A stretch of DNA of 63,933 bases, the filler included, from Choristocarpus tenellus KU-1152 (lineage: Eukaryota; Protista; Phaeophyceae), in NCBI GenBank assembly GCA_964200185.2. It is 11 parts of 11 records of this genome, joined end to end, with 100 filler letters (N's around TTAATTAATTAA, not from the genome) between each part and the next. Parts side by side here need not be neighbours in the genome. Positions count along the whole stretch, not along the records: positions 38,286 to 47,046 come from CAXNAD020004355.1; positions 47,147 to 56,047 come from CAXNAD020004211.1; 9 more parts are not named here. One strand, 5' to 3'. The notes below the pieces were generated by a model, which saw nothing but the letters and a program-made list of their open reading frames with translations, did no database searches and was not told the DNA's origin. This document shows positions 40,335 through 53,749 of the stretch, in pieces (the stretch's first letter is position 1; each line of letters starts with the position of its first letter). The position numbers and the translations under genes are program-made.

Positions 40335-41917
40335 TCACCAACACTGCTCTGAGGTCAAATGAAACAACTAAACGTCTCTAAGAAGACTATTCTACTCCTG
40401 CTGGAACAACATAAAGTCTACTACATACCCGCCTCCTGATCTTCTCAAATTTCTGAACGGCAACCTGAAACCGTATTCACACATTTCTCCAGGGTTTTAT
40501 GTGCATCCCAACACCATCTCGATTGAGCTGAACCAGACATCCACTCTAGGCAACCTAAACTGGTTGTGGAATGCTTTAGGACCTCTCTTTCCCCATTCCT
40601 AGCAGGTATTCAGGCAAACTCATTCGAGTCAGAGCTAGAACAGTAGCTTGTGATCACTCTTGGGAAAAACATAAAGAGAGGTAGGCACAATATAGATGGG
40701 CATCATTACTGAGCTTGCATTTTCTCACAGCAAGGTCGGCAAAGTTATGTTTTTGGTGCACAGAAGGCACAGTAACTTCACACAGCAAAATATTTTTGGT
40801 GCAGGTTTGGCGAGATCTCCTCATTTGAATTTTACTGCCAAAAATGAACGAGGGGTTGGACCTAAGCTTGGTGCTATGGACTTGGCCTCTCAATCTGTTC
40901 TTGGCACCATATGGCAACGGCTACAGCCAGTAATGCTGCAATATTGGCAGCACTTGCTTCTGGTTATGAGCTCTTTTCCTCGTGAAAACATGTCCAAGAT
41001 TGTGTAAGTGGGCATTAAATAATGCATCGCATGCCTGGCAAACACACAGTTTCCTGCTCGCGTGCTATGTAGTAACATACGCATATCCACTGTCCGTGCA
41101 CAGGTTCTGACTTACTCTGATACCTTAATGGAATTTGGGTGAACCCAAGCCGTAGCACCTTCCCTTGGTCGAGCGTGCATCTCCCATTATTAGGGTTCAC
41201 ATAATTGAACCTGGAGCAGCCTGTAACACGTCCTTGTAGATGTCAATAAATCACGCACACCTACTGTGCTGACGTTTTGAGCTATCCGATCTAAAAGACC
41301 AGTCTATTTCGTTGGCCTTTCTGATGCCTAGAGGACTTTCTAAACCTTCTGCCTGATACCTCATTTCCATGCATAAAATAGCGCATCTCAATCCCCTTTA
41401 GGGGCTCCAGCTGTACAAGAGGAGACAATCATTACTACACATAAGCGCAAAATCGTCATCTAGGGTGCCACAAGCACATGTCTGGGAAGGCCGCCACAGG
41501 GACCCCAAATACTCAATGACCTCTCACTCTAACTCAAAATCCGTACCTGATTCAAACCACAACACCGATCTTTTAACTTCAACCTTAACCCACCCTACAT
41601 TATTGACTGATTTTATTTTGGTACCTGATTTTATTATCACTTCAGAAATGATGTGTAACCCCACTTCCATATGGGACAATAAACACATCTCCAAAATGTC
41701 AGAGGGCATAATAATAAAAAATTGTGAAGTAAATGTAAAGAAAAATATGGTTCCACCATCCCCAGTTTTATTTTAATTTTAAAGTCCATTGTCATAATCG
41801 ACAACTTAAACTATACCAGTGCTCTTGATTGTTGATCAAATACGAACAGAAGAGGTGCACGACATGTATATTGGATTATTAATATACGTAATGACAGGTA
41901 TATGAAAAGAGGAAGTC

Positions 41918-41990
41918 GAGCCTGTAGGCTAATGGATAAGCCGCTGCCCTTCGAAGGCAGATATTGTCGGTTCGAGTCCGACCAGGCTTG
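41918..41990 (+). tRNA. tRNA-Arg(TCG)
   Basis: Full cloverleaf: GAGCCTG/CAGGCTT acceptor, GGCT/AGCC D stem, CTGCC-CT TCG AA-GGCAG anticodon arm, GTCGG-TTCGAGT-CCGAC T arm; T-rich tract downstream. Confidence 0.95.
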
Positions 41991-44429
41991 ATTTATATTT
42001 TTATTTACGATACAAATTTCCTGTTGGTCAATTTTCCAGTGATGGTATTATAACATGATGTGTAGACACCAATTTATTTAACGCTTTTTTTCGCATGGCA
42101 ACTTCTCTTTCTAGAGAGTGATAGTGGGCACAAAAATATGTATCACACCGAATAGTATAACAGATTCAGTACATTGTTATATGTTATTATTGTATCACGC
42201 TAACTGCATTACTTCTTTTATTGGTGTCTGGTTCTATTTTGATGGGGGTCTTAAAAATATGAGAGAATAATCCTAGGGAGTCAGTCAGTCAGTAAGTAAG
42301 TACCCAGGCCGGTGTTTCCAATTTATGATGTACCTGCTACTTCAGAATTATTATATTGCAAACCCTTGTCATCCTCTGACCATCATCTGTCACCAAGCGC
42401 CAGTTGTTGGGTTGCGACTTTTTGTCTAATTTTTTTGCCCACCTGTTCTTACGTGAGATTGTGGGGTGCGAATCCCCACACTTTTGACGTCTCTCTCCAA
42501 CCAGTGATGATATGGATGGGTAGTAATGATATAGTTGTTGTCTTCTAACTCCATATCGTGTCCCTTTCAGAAAATAATCAAACGGAGAAGGATGCATCAT
42601 TCAGCATAAAACAGTGTGTAGCTTACGAAATAGGGTAAAATAGATCGTTACCCATCATCCGCACAATTTGAAACTCGGCAACTTGAGTAGTACTAGACAG
42701 TTGGATATATCTATCTCCTTTTCCTTGGTGTTGGTGATAAGGATTGTTTCTATTCTGTTGTTATTGATGAAATCGAAAATATACGTTTAAATAGAAAAGT
42801 GTTGGTAATCCTATGTCAATGGAAGAGATGTTTGAACTATGTTTCCCTATGCATTTCTTCTGAATCCCTAAGCGATACCCAATATTGGAAAGTTTATTTG
42901 GTGGATATTTTGCTGTGATGACCAGTTACAGTGGGCCCAAAATGGAAACCATGAACTTAGTCATATTTATGCTGCTGGTGTTTGCTTTTTGTCACAACTA
43001 ATCTAGCTACTGCTGCAACTATATCACTATATCTCAAACATACATTTATCTCTAGGCCGATCTGGACAAACCTATGGTTAGGAAGATAGCATAAAAAGGG
43101 GAAATATAGAGATAGAGGACTTCTACTATTACTCCGGGAATTAATGTATGATCATGACTGACTATCGACAAAGAGGCATTCTATCTACATATAGACCAAG
43201 AAACGCATCCCCATGTGATACCTGTATTCCAATGTAATTGATTGGTTTTTAAGGGTTTAATGGTTGGGAGTGAGAGGATTTGATTGAGTGAAGATATGAT
43301 GCATTCCCGAAGTTTTTGCGCGGTCTTCATTGTCGTGTGTGTGTTTGACGCAGAGTCGATAAACTTTGATGATCTTCCGCAGTTACTTGTACGTTCTACA
43401 AACGGATCGCAGAAAAGTGGGAAACTACACTCCTGAAGGCCGACATTCCAAACACAGTGACTCATTTGTTCGCCTGATGTGTCAGCAGGGGAGACCTCAA
43501 GCTGTAGATAATAAGATAATACTGAGTGAGGAAAAGGGGAGGGTGCAAGTGTAAAGCAAAAATTATCTTATGACCACCCAAACAAGTATCAATACTGCGG
43601 AACTTTGTATATTGATCGGATACAGAGGAAACGAGATTCTCTAAGGGTGGTGACAAGAGTGAACAAACTCCAGCTACATCCTAAGTCCCCTCTGAGATAT
43701 AGAAAATGATTCCTTGTGCGTTGTAGCCAGGTTAGAGATCTCGCAACTTACAAAAGTTGGAAGTATGGAAGAAAGCAGATGATGTATGATAAATATCGTA
43801 TAGTTAATTGAAATAGTTAGTGGGGTTATTGAATTTCTTGTGCTTTCGCCCTGTTGATGAAAATATTATCGTTTCCTGTGAAAGTGATCCATCTTCACAA
43901 ATTATATATATTAATCAACAACGCATAATATAGAAAATAGTTGATGGGGTGTATGTATATAGATTTCTCCTGCTCTCTCTCTCCCCTATTGATCAAAATA
44001 TCATTTCCTCAAAAAGTAATCCATCTTCAGATATAACGAAAGTTACAATTTAACTGATATTTCAATCAATACAGGTAATAATGGAACATTCCAATAACTC
44101 TTTCACTAGACTACAAAAAATATTTAACTATATATTACTATTGGAATAACATATTGCAGCAAAATAACATTTTAATTATGTTTGATGGCATTTATGAATC
44201 TATCAAGTTCACCATTATGTTCTTGTAACTCAACTTTCTTTGTGGTGTGAATCGAAGGATTGAATTGTAATTTAATTGAAACCGCAATATTTTGGAACCG
44301 ATTATTCGGATATTTTTCATTTTTCTTCCGTGGAACGTTTGAAGGAGAGAAGGACAGGCACAGGCACACAAAGAACCACAAAAGCACCACCAATACATCT
44401 AGGACTGCAAAATAAGCCATGAACGTGCC

Positions 44430-45365
44430 CAGGTACTCTGAACGCAGTGAGGGAGGAGTACCCACATGAGAATGACGTCGACCCATCTGCAGGATACACC
44501 CTTCTGTGTGTGGAGGATGATGGCAAGGAAGGTGAAGGGTCGGATCTAAGATGCAGAATCTGCCTTGAAGGCCAACAGCGAGTCATCATTGGCTAAGACG
44601 AGTCGCTTGCTCGAGAAAGACCATCATATCAAGACCCACCACTGCATAATAGATCTACGTTTGGAGTGTGCTGCTGGTTGTATATACCGTTTGACGAGGA
44701 AGGGGTAAAATAATATGCCATGAAATCAGCTCAGGCAACTGTTGGTGCCTCTTCAAAGTCCAGCTAGCGCAAGGACCACTTGGAGGAGATGTGTAGAATG
44801 CTAAGAATTGAGCCGAAAAAAACGATGCAAGACGTATACCAACTCGTTAGTCCTTTTATACAATGGTCACCCGCAAAAATGTCAACATTTGGGTGGGAGA
44901 CGAGCAGTTGGAGTAGGAACGTAAAACAGAAGTTGGAAGTGCATCTAGGAGGAATGAAGTATAGAAGTCACCCGTCACCTGTCACCTGCCAAAGTTATAT
45001 TCTGACATCTATGACACACGCCTTGTTCCTTCTTCCATTGCATTTAAAGTCGTGTCCAAGATCACTAATTTTGTTGCATCGTTTGTCATCTGTACAGTTG
45101 TTCCTTTGCTTTATACCTTTCTAACCTTTTACCTTTCTTCTCCATCTCCCATCTCGCCTCTTTCATCTAGTTCTTTTGCTCTGCTCAGTCGATGAGTCTA
45201 AATAGTCTCTTGAGGGTAACACATACGTGGCAGTATTTTTGGTTGTCCCCAATACATACGATGAATGAATGGAGCTGGAGAAAGCAGCGCAAGCCCTCAG
45301 TGCCTTCAAAGCCACCATCTCTGAACAGATGGAAGCGAAAAATGTGTATGCCATTGCGCAAGTGT
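44430..45365 (+). pseudogene. Decayed coding sequence with a possible CxxC...H..H zinc finger
   Basis: LRCRICLEG...HHIKTHH across a frameshift; protein-like segments with in-frame stops (DESK*SLEGNTYVAVFLVVPNTYDE*MELEKAAQALSAFK) bounded by splice-like sites. Confidence 0.3.
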
Positions 45366-45862
45366 AATGTTACCTGATTTTGTAAACTGCTTTGGTACAA
45401 GGAGGAATATTGCTCAGTACTCTGAGGGTCAGAACAGGGGGCCCAGAGGGTTGAAGTGGGAGCAAGTCCTGGCTACTTGTCTAGACTGAATAACTAAATC
45501 CTTACAGGATTCCAAAGAATGAGCATGATGAAGAATGTTGTTGTCGTTCGAAGTTCTAGCCAGTATCGAGGACCACAAGTCACAGGAGGCAGAGAATAGT
45601 CCAGTGGTGGAACCAGAGTCACGCCCATGTACTGTCCCTCTTGAGCGGGGGGAAGTCCTCCCATAAATCACACAAGCGGTTCGTAAGAGCTCCCTTACAA
45701 TTGAGCTGATTCGAGAATGATGTCAACATTGCACCTAGAAGATATCTCACTCCAAACAACACACATAGGTGTTTTTTCTAAACACATCTTCCTGCAGTCG
45801 GTGGACCCTTTTAAAACATCCTTGTTCCAGACAAAAAAATGCCTTGTTCACTAGCATGCTAT

Positions 45863-46113
45863 GAGCCAAAGTATCTTAGAGGGTAGAGCCGCGTCCATTT
45901 GGGGGTCAAAATCCAATGTTGCAATTTGATGTAATTTTAGCTGTCGTGTTTGTTAGGAAGTGTCTATGTTTCGGACACACCTTTTCACAACGTATACATT
46001 TTACCCACTTGGAAACATTTTGGAGTAGGAAAATGTCATAAAAAACCCATGGGAAGCCAAGCCCCAAATGGACAAACAGGGCAAATCTCGTACCCTCTAA
46101 GATACTTTCACTC
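45863..46113 (+). mobile_element. MITE family B, full length, with TAT target-site duplication
   Basis: tat|gagccaaagtatcttagagggta...taccctctaagatactttcactc|tat. Confidence 0.95.
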
Positions 46114-47146
46114 TATATTTTGAGCAAACCCACGTCAAAGGTATGGGTCGAAATTGTTTATTTGGGGTCATATATTCCTTGAAGTGGACTTTCTCCAAGA
46201 AATACACATAGTAACTGCTCAACAAGGGCCTTTTAAAGATCAGGAGTGATCCTTGTGTCGATAACTTGTGCTGTTCGCTTCGTCACGGAATGTGCCCCCG
46301 CAATGTGATGAGATATATATAGTTTATTGTTCGCGCAGAGAACAAAACAAAGTCTATCATCAAAGAAATGCGAAATATCTGCCTGCATCGTACGTTCTGA
46401 AAAAACAGCCCTCAAGCATTCCATTTTCATCCTGTACAGCCATGGGAAGGCATCTATTAGTATTATAGTCCACTCTCTCTCTCTAGCCTTCGCCCCAAAT
46501 ATTGGAACAGGGAGCCGGAAAAAAAACTATCCCTCGACCGCTATGGACCACCACTTTGTGTCTCAGTCTTCGACAATTCATCCCCCTGACCAACCTCACT
46601 TGTAGTGCTCGTAACACAAACTACCTCCATTAGATCCTGTGCCGAGGCCTCTACACCCTCCTGCTCTTCTAGTTAGTGGTAGCAGTAATGTGTTGTGTCC
46701 TTAACCTACAATCTGATCAACCCTTGGCATGGAACCTATATCTGTCCACTTTGACACCATTTGGAACAAGCAGTGGGTTTCTTCCACATTGTACCCCCAA
46801 AATATGTACTTCCAAAGTATTATCTGGGTCGATTCTTCCAGAAAATAAAAACTCGTTCTTCTCCAGGAGAGCTCAGCGCGTGGGATATTGAACGCTGGAT
46901 TCCTCCTGAAAATTGGGGCGAAACTAAGCGTTTAATCACAACCATTCACCCACCTTACCACTTTTGGAGATGTGAAAGGTTGAACTGCCAATGAAAGACG
47001 TCCATGCAACTCAGGCTCAAAGTATCTGGGGGGGGGGGGGGGGGGGNNNNNNNNNNNNNNNNNNNNNNNNNNNNNNNNNNNNNNNNNNNNTTAATTAATT
47101 AANNNNNNNNNNNNNNNNNNNNNNNNNNNNNNNNNNNNNNNNNNNN

Positions 47147-47209
<63 letters not shown>

Positions 47210-48773
47210 AAGTAAGCACTGGTGGGAATTGGGGAGGATCGATCTAATTCCGTGTCTGGCACTTCATTCTTACCAAACATGGTCTTCTAAAAGGCACTAT
47301 ATGATTGACTGCGAGATTAGAGAGTGAGATTTTTTGGTTGAAAATGCGGAACTGTAGATGCTTGGCTTTCTAAAAATACAGTCAGGGTAATTGAACAAAA
47401 ATGGTGCTGCAAAAACGTTGGGAGTAGGGAAACAGTGCAGAGTCAAAAGAGCTATTTGCTCTAAGGTTATGTTTATGATTATCTGTTGGGGTAACATGTG
47501 TCCCTGAACCCTCAATCATGGCATCACATCTCTCGCAAATACACGCATACAATGTGCAACATGAACTACAACCCCAAGCAAACACACATTTGATCTAGGA
47601 CAAAAACACAAGCAGAAGCTATCACCCCCTGACAACATATAGAAGCAGACAAAGAAGTGCAAAGCTTGACTGCATGCTTTGTCGTATATACATCCCCTAT
47701 TGGTACAGCAACAGCCTTAGTTATATATGAAAAAAACAAGAGTGCATTTTGCACTATTATGTATTGGATATGCTGACCCACCAAGGAAATCTTCGTCGTT
47801 GTCAAAAGGTGATGCTCTACCTGTTTTATTCTTCCAGAGCTTGGATTTACTTCAAGTACATTAAAAGTTAGGATACTTGGGACAGCTAGGATTAACATGA
47901 GCAGAATGGTGGAGGGGAATAGAATGGGGTGTATCTGAAAGCAGGTCTCATTTTAAAAAAATGAGTTGATAAGAATTAAACATAACAAAAAGTACTTTGT
48001 GACTACTCTGATGGTATTTCACTCGCAGAAATGCTACATTTGACAAACACATCCCTTCACCAAAGACTCCACTTTGCAATATGTCATTGTTGTTGATACA
48101 ATACAAGAAAATACCAAAGTGTAGTCAAACCAAGGAAGAAAATGTGAAGTACAGCAATTTTTAAAAGCGTCTAGTGGAGAGGAGTGTTGGTCTCAGCACA
48201 GTAGCAATCTACATACAGTTAAAGTTGTCAGTTATAGAAACTTTGGAGTTGTAACCCTGCCTTGGGAAAAAAACGGACAAGCTATGTTTCTGCACACACA
48301 TGCTAATCATACCATTCTGCTAGTGCAGGAATAAAAAGGGAGGGCCGAGAAATGGAACTTAATTAACAATAGCTGCAACTATTACGTTTGAGTAGCATCA
48401 AAAACATTTATGATTCCATATTTAGCCACAAACAAGCACTGCGGTTAGGAGACTAACTATAGAACCGAAGTCAACAATTTTCAGCACACCCTTGAGTACC
48501 CCGGCACAAAGGAGAAACCCTGTTGTAGCTCCAGATATATATTTCTACCAATCCCGGTGTTCAATTGCTCTCAACAAGATCTTCCTCTTTTGGTTAGGTC
48601 AGCTTACACACAAGATTTGTGGGTAGTGCTGTTAGAAACATTTTAGCAATCGACCTGTGTACAATGCCAGCAAGTCTCGGTTTATAATGTCCCTCATCTC
48701 AGCTTTGTTCCTTGAGGTCCACAAAAGTAGCTGTTCAACATAAGAAGCGATTCACTCACACCAACCAACCCAC

Positions 48774-49850
48774 CTTCCTGAAGAAATTGGGGGAGCTTCT
48801 CAGGCACCATACCATCTGGGTGAGGTATCCCGCCATGCACCTGAAATATTTAACGCAGGAAGGAAAGGATCCATGGTACATTTGCCGTAACAGTGCGAGG
48901 GTGATACATATCCTAACCACCATCCCCTAGGAAATGCACTCAAGGCCAGGGTCCACACTCTGCATATTTCTGTACTTGGTTAGGAACGCTCATTAGCTGC
49001 GAATTAATGCATGAGGGAATGGGTACATGGTGCCTTTGTCATAATGATGCGAGGGTGATAATCAATATCTCTGAGCGAATGCACTCAAGGGTAGGTAGAA
49101 CAGGCCATGTCCCAACACGAGCATCCACCCTTTACACATTTCTGTACTTGTTTAGGAAACTTCGTTATTTACGCGATTGAAGTGGTAATGGATTCGTAAG
49201 CTCTGTAGAACGAAATTTAGTGATGTGCGTTGATGCCTAGGAGCACCTTGACCTCAAGTAGACAACCAAACTGGAATTACCACAGTTGAGGAGTCTCTTC
49301 CAAAGATGCAACAACTCCTACAACTGACTGTAAATGAGAAAATTTAAACTCTTACATGTCCGAGAAAACGTAGAGGAGAACCTAGACACGCCTTTCTTTG
49401 ACAACACAAGAGGGTCTTGCGACACGAATGTTTCCCTTTCACCTGAAGCCTCCGTTTGTGAAGATTAATCCACCCTGATCGTGCAGATTGATGATAACTT
49501 CCGTATGTTTCTTCTTCCAAGCGCCGACCCTCCTCCTTCGACAGGAACCCTGGGATATAGTACAGACCTTCCACGCCGCCTACAGCGTGGTCGTCAAGGG
49601 CAATGGAATGCCTTGGCGAGAGGATTGCTGGCGCAGCAGGGGTAGCACTGCAATCCTTCGCCCTTTCCACTTCCTCCAGGCATTTTTCCCGCTCACGACG
49701 TAGCAATTCTTGAAAGTCAAGTGCAGTGGACCCACACGTTGATGTGCTCATGAAACTTGGGTCGGATGATGATGATGATGTAATCCTCACTCCATGTGAT
49801 GTCAAGGCAAGACTGGAGAGTACTAAAAATGTACAACGAGAAGTAGGCAT
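48774..49850 (-). CDS. ALKBH6: ALKBH6-like 2OG-Fe(II) dioxygenase, 5' exons (49850 or 49751 to 49443; 48840-48774); remaining exons not found in this contig
   Basis: LYYIPGFLSKEE...WINLHKRRLQ/VHGGIPHPDGMVPEKLPQFLQ closely parallels ALKBH6; GT-AG phase-0 intron. Confidence 0.85.
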
Positions 49851-50527
49851 TACTCAATCACAACGCATACACCATCCCACTATCCATTGGTTTCTATGTG
49901 TTGCTGGTAGGTGTACGGGACTTGCCCTAATTCTACTGATGTGTGAGTTTGAGTGGATGTACACCTTTCCTAATCTGTTAAGGAGGTATGAACTTAGAAG
50001 ATGCAAGGATTCTGGATAAACATGAGATTATTGGATGGCCTCCAATCTGTTAGGTTGTGGAGGACCAGTCCAGGACCGTCAGAAGTTCAACCACACAGTA
50101 CAATAAACATAAACACTAGATACTACAGAGTATAATAGTAGATATATATATTGGTAGTACAATATGTTAAAAACATGATTGATTTAGTCAGGACCAAAGG
50201 GTTCTCAACCAGGGAGAGGTTACAAATTAGTTATCAACAAAAGTACTGTGATTCTTCAAACTAGTTTAAGGATGTTGAAATATATGCAATGGCTACAGGT
50301 ATAAAAAAAAAATAGAGACATCATATACAAAATGAAAGATGGTTTAACTTTTCCCCCCACCTAAATCGTGTAAGAGATATAACCTGACAACCACACCACA
50401 ACCAACGACCCTGTTGTAATATACCTCCAACACTATGATGACATTGCCTAATACGTAGATAAATAATAGTTCTAGTAATTTAGGTGACACGAACCTGACT
50501 GCATTCTATGTTTGTGTGATTATTTCA

Positions 50528-50697
50528 GGGTCAAAGTATCTGGGGGGGGTGGCGGCTGTCCATTTGGAGTCCATTTTTCCATGTCGCGATTAATGGGTGA
50601 CTTGGTTACATGCATCGGATGGATAATATAAGTGCACTTTTCCTGGTCAGAGACCGAATGGACACCATGGTGTAGACCCCCCCAGATTCCTTGAGCC
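50528..50697 (+). mobile_element. MITE family A, full length, with TCA target-site duplication
   Basis: tca|gggtcaaagtatctgggg...ccccagattccttgagcc|tca. Confidence 0.93.
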
Positions 50698-50720
50698 TCA
50701 CATTGTATTTATATAACACG

Positions 50721-51298
50721 TAGTGGACATGAATCGGACATAATATCAGAAAACGATCGAATTGATGGGTAGCCATGGTCTGAACATGCAAAGGAAAATG
50801 TTAGACTGGACGGCCTATGGACATGGACAGGTACGATTTCCTGCGGATATGGTCCGGACATGTCAGAGAAAGTTTGATCTGGTCCGGTCACCTGGCATGG
50901 ACCCGTTGAAATAGCTACTAAAAAATGAACCAGGACATTTCAAATAATTGTGGGACCCGTCCGGGCAGTGGACCAGACATTTTTACTTTGCTGGCCTAGT
51001 GAAAGCGCTGACATTTCTACCAGGCGAACCCAAACCATTTCAATCAGGTCGGTCCAGCAAACATACCAGTATGTACGGGTTCTTCAGATGTTTGAACCAG
51101 GCCTTGACCTCGGACCGAAACTGGAAAAATATGGACCGGTCAAGGACCACTAGAGTTTCAAATGGATCGGGTTGTGGGTGGTCCTGGTGAAGTCTGTTTC
51201 TGTAGTGCCAGACCAGAGCCATGAGAGATGTGACCGGACCAGTTAATATCCCGTCTGGTGAGAAGACGTCCTTAGAAGTCCAGATATCTACCAACTAG
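50721..51298. mobile_element. ~580-bp non-autonomous foldback-like element rich in GGAC(C)/GGTCC motifs
   Basis: Imperfect terminal inverted repeats (tagtggacatgaatcggac versus gtccagatatctaccaacta) and an internal pair ctggtccggtcac / gtgaccggaccag. Confidence 0.55.
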
Positions 51299-53059
51299 TT
51301 TACGTTCACTGCAAAGATAAATTTCATTCTTGACATTCTTCATCTGAGGGATTCTCAACTCCCCCGTGTCCAAAGCTAGTTGGAGGAAACGTAATAGGGG
51401 AAGGTTTCGAAGTTCCTGAGTTTGTGGAAGCGAATAGGATTCACGACACCATGGTATTGGTAGAGGGGATGTAAGATATGTGGGTGACGAATTTTGTCGT
51501 AAGATATGGCAAGGGAAGTTCATGTCTAGCAGAGATAGCCCATATAGATTGAGCACATACACACAGCCACAAAGAACATGTCTTCTGCTGCAAAGGTTTA
51601 GTGGTGGTATCTCTTCCATCGCTTTTTTCTTTCAGACCAACGTTCCTTATGAGGTCAAGCAAGTCTACAGGAATGCATCGGGAAAAGGGGTGAAACAGGA
51701 TGGGGTAATGGGATAGTGCTTGTTGGAGGTACGAGTGTGGGAAGTGGCGAAATGTACTGGTGGGGGGGCCGGAGGTGGGCAGGAGCAAGGGAATCCCCTG
51801 CTCAAGATGTGTAGGTCCTTGAGACTGTGCTAGTACAATGAGGTGAGGGAGCATGAAGGGGAAGAGACGTTGCAACTCTCAGGGGTAGGAGTGGGAGAGG
51901 TGGGAGAAGCAGAGTCAGTACCAGAAATACAGCGAGGGAACCCTCCTGTACAAGGCCGGGTACAGGGGAAGTGGCAGGTGCAGAGGCTGGGGGAGATGAA
52001 TAGTCCAGAGACGAGAGCTGCACACATGCAGAGGTCACTGATGATCTCACCGAACCCTTTGAGTTTGGCCTTCGCCCTGAAAAGGCGCAGCCACTTGTCA
52101 GTATCCTCCCCAAGTTTGATGCTGCATTGCTCGAAGTAGTGATGTACAGCACGCACCCACTGCCTGGTGGTGGTCTCGTACTTGCTTTTGGGCGCTTGCC
52201 AGGCAGAAAGTCCGTCGTTGAAGGTGGTCTCATCCCAGTGCTGGAGTACGTGGAGAATGTCTCTTGCAGATTCTTGGCAGGTGGCAAGTACAATGCTGAA
52301 AAGGTGTCCATTGTCTTTGTCGTAAGTAGGGGTGTTGATGCTGAATATAGGTGCAGTGGTGCTAGGAAGTGTGTTGGACGTGGACACAGTCGTAGTGTAT
52401 GTGGTGTGATGGCATAAGTTTGGTTACTGGACCAGGATGCGATGGGCCTGAGGTGCCAAACACCTCAGGATCCCAACGAAGTCCAGTTTGAACGTGTCCC
52501 AGACAGATTCATCATGCAAGAAGATGGGGAGTTGGAGTGTGCATTACATGATGATATTGGGGGCGTGATTGCAGCAGTGGATGCGGGGCAGACGTAGTAC
52601 AGTACGAGGTTGGGTGAGTCGATGAAGTGCAGAAGGCTCGCAACCTTTTAAGGTCTAAGATTGATTGAATCGTTGGTTCTAAAGTAATTATTTGCATAGA
52701 GGCTTGAAACCTTCTATGTGAAGGGGTGGCGTAGTACACTGAAGCACCGATGAATCCAGTGCGATGAATCTTGTGACAGATATGCAGTTTGAAGAATGTG
52801 GTGTTGTGTACTGTTCCTTAGTGTATCTAAAGGAAATGATACGTGCTCTGTGTAGATGCTTGTTACCTTGTGAAGAAGGTTGTGGATGATTAACTCTGAT
52901 TATATGTCATCCAGTTGTGTATCAGGTACCCTTAAATGCAGAGTGAATTCGTAGTCTAAATGGGGGGGTTTCCAATCAAAGAAATACATACATATACACC
53001 ACTGGTTGTCCTTCTGTGAGAAAAATAAAAGAGATCTAAACGAACTCTGAGTGAACTCA

Positions 53060-53305
53060 TGTGTGCATATACTGAGCTTTATGTTGAAAGTATCTACCAA
53101 TTCCAGGGATCAAGCATACTACAGTTGCACATACCAAAAAGGGAAGTCATGCTCACATACCACGCAGAGCGGTACATCTGTGATCTAGCTGCTTACACAC
53201 TAAGCGACCAGTACTAGTGGATGAACCAACAGCCAACACAAGTTGGTGGTACTGTAACGTATCTATGTGCTAGGAAGAAAGTAGCCTAAGTTTTAACAAC
53301 GGGTT
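53060..53305 (+). repeat. Dispersed repeat; other copies at about 59930-60050 (-) and 60490-60700 (+)
   Basis: aattccagggatcaag...gatctag(c/g)tgcttacac(a/t)ctaagc...tactagt. Confidence 0.75.
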
Positions 53306-53749
53306 GTTGCTACAAATGAATGAGAAGGTAAACAATAAACCTTTTAGTATATCCTGCAGCGAATTATAAACTGCGCCTATGGAGTAGGGTTCAGCCAGGC
53401 AACGCGTTTTGGAGGACTGTTTTTCCATGGTGAGGGACCAGCCAGGAGGTATGACTTAGGGGATGGGGGGTGCATTGGGAGGTATGGGAAGGGGAGTCGA
53501 TGAGATGAGGATATGTTTGCGTAGGGAGATGCTTTGAAGTCCTGTGCACACCAAATGTTGCTATCACTACACATGAAGAAGTAATTATGAACGCAGCAAG
53601 ATAATGTGTGTAGAACCGTAGATTAGTCATGGATCAGGACATCGGAATATAGAGACATTGAAGAAACATTTTAGGAAATGTTTCTATTGGTAATCTACCG
53701 GAAAATTATATCTACCAGAAATGTTTCTATCAGTAGTCTACTGGAATTG

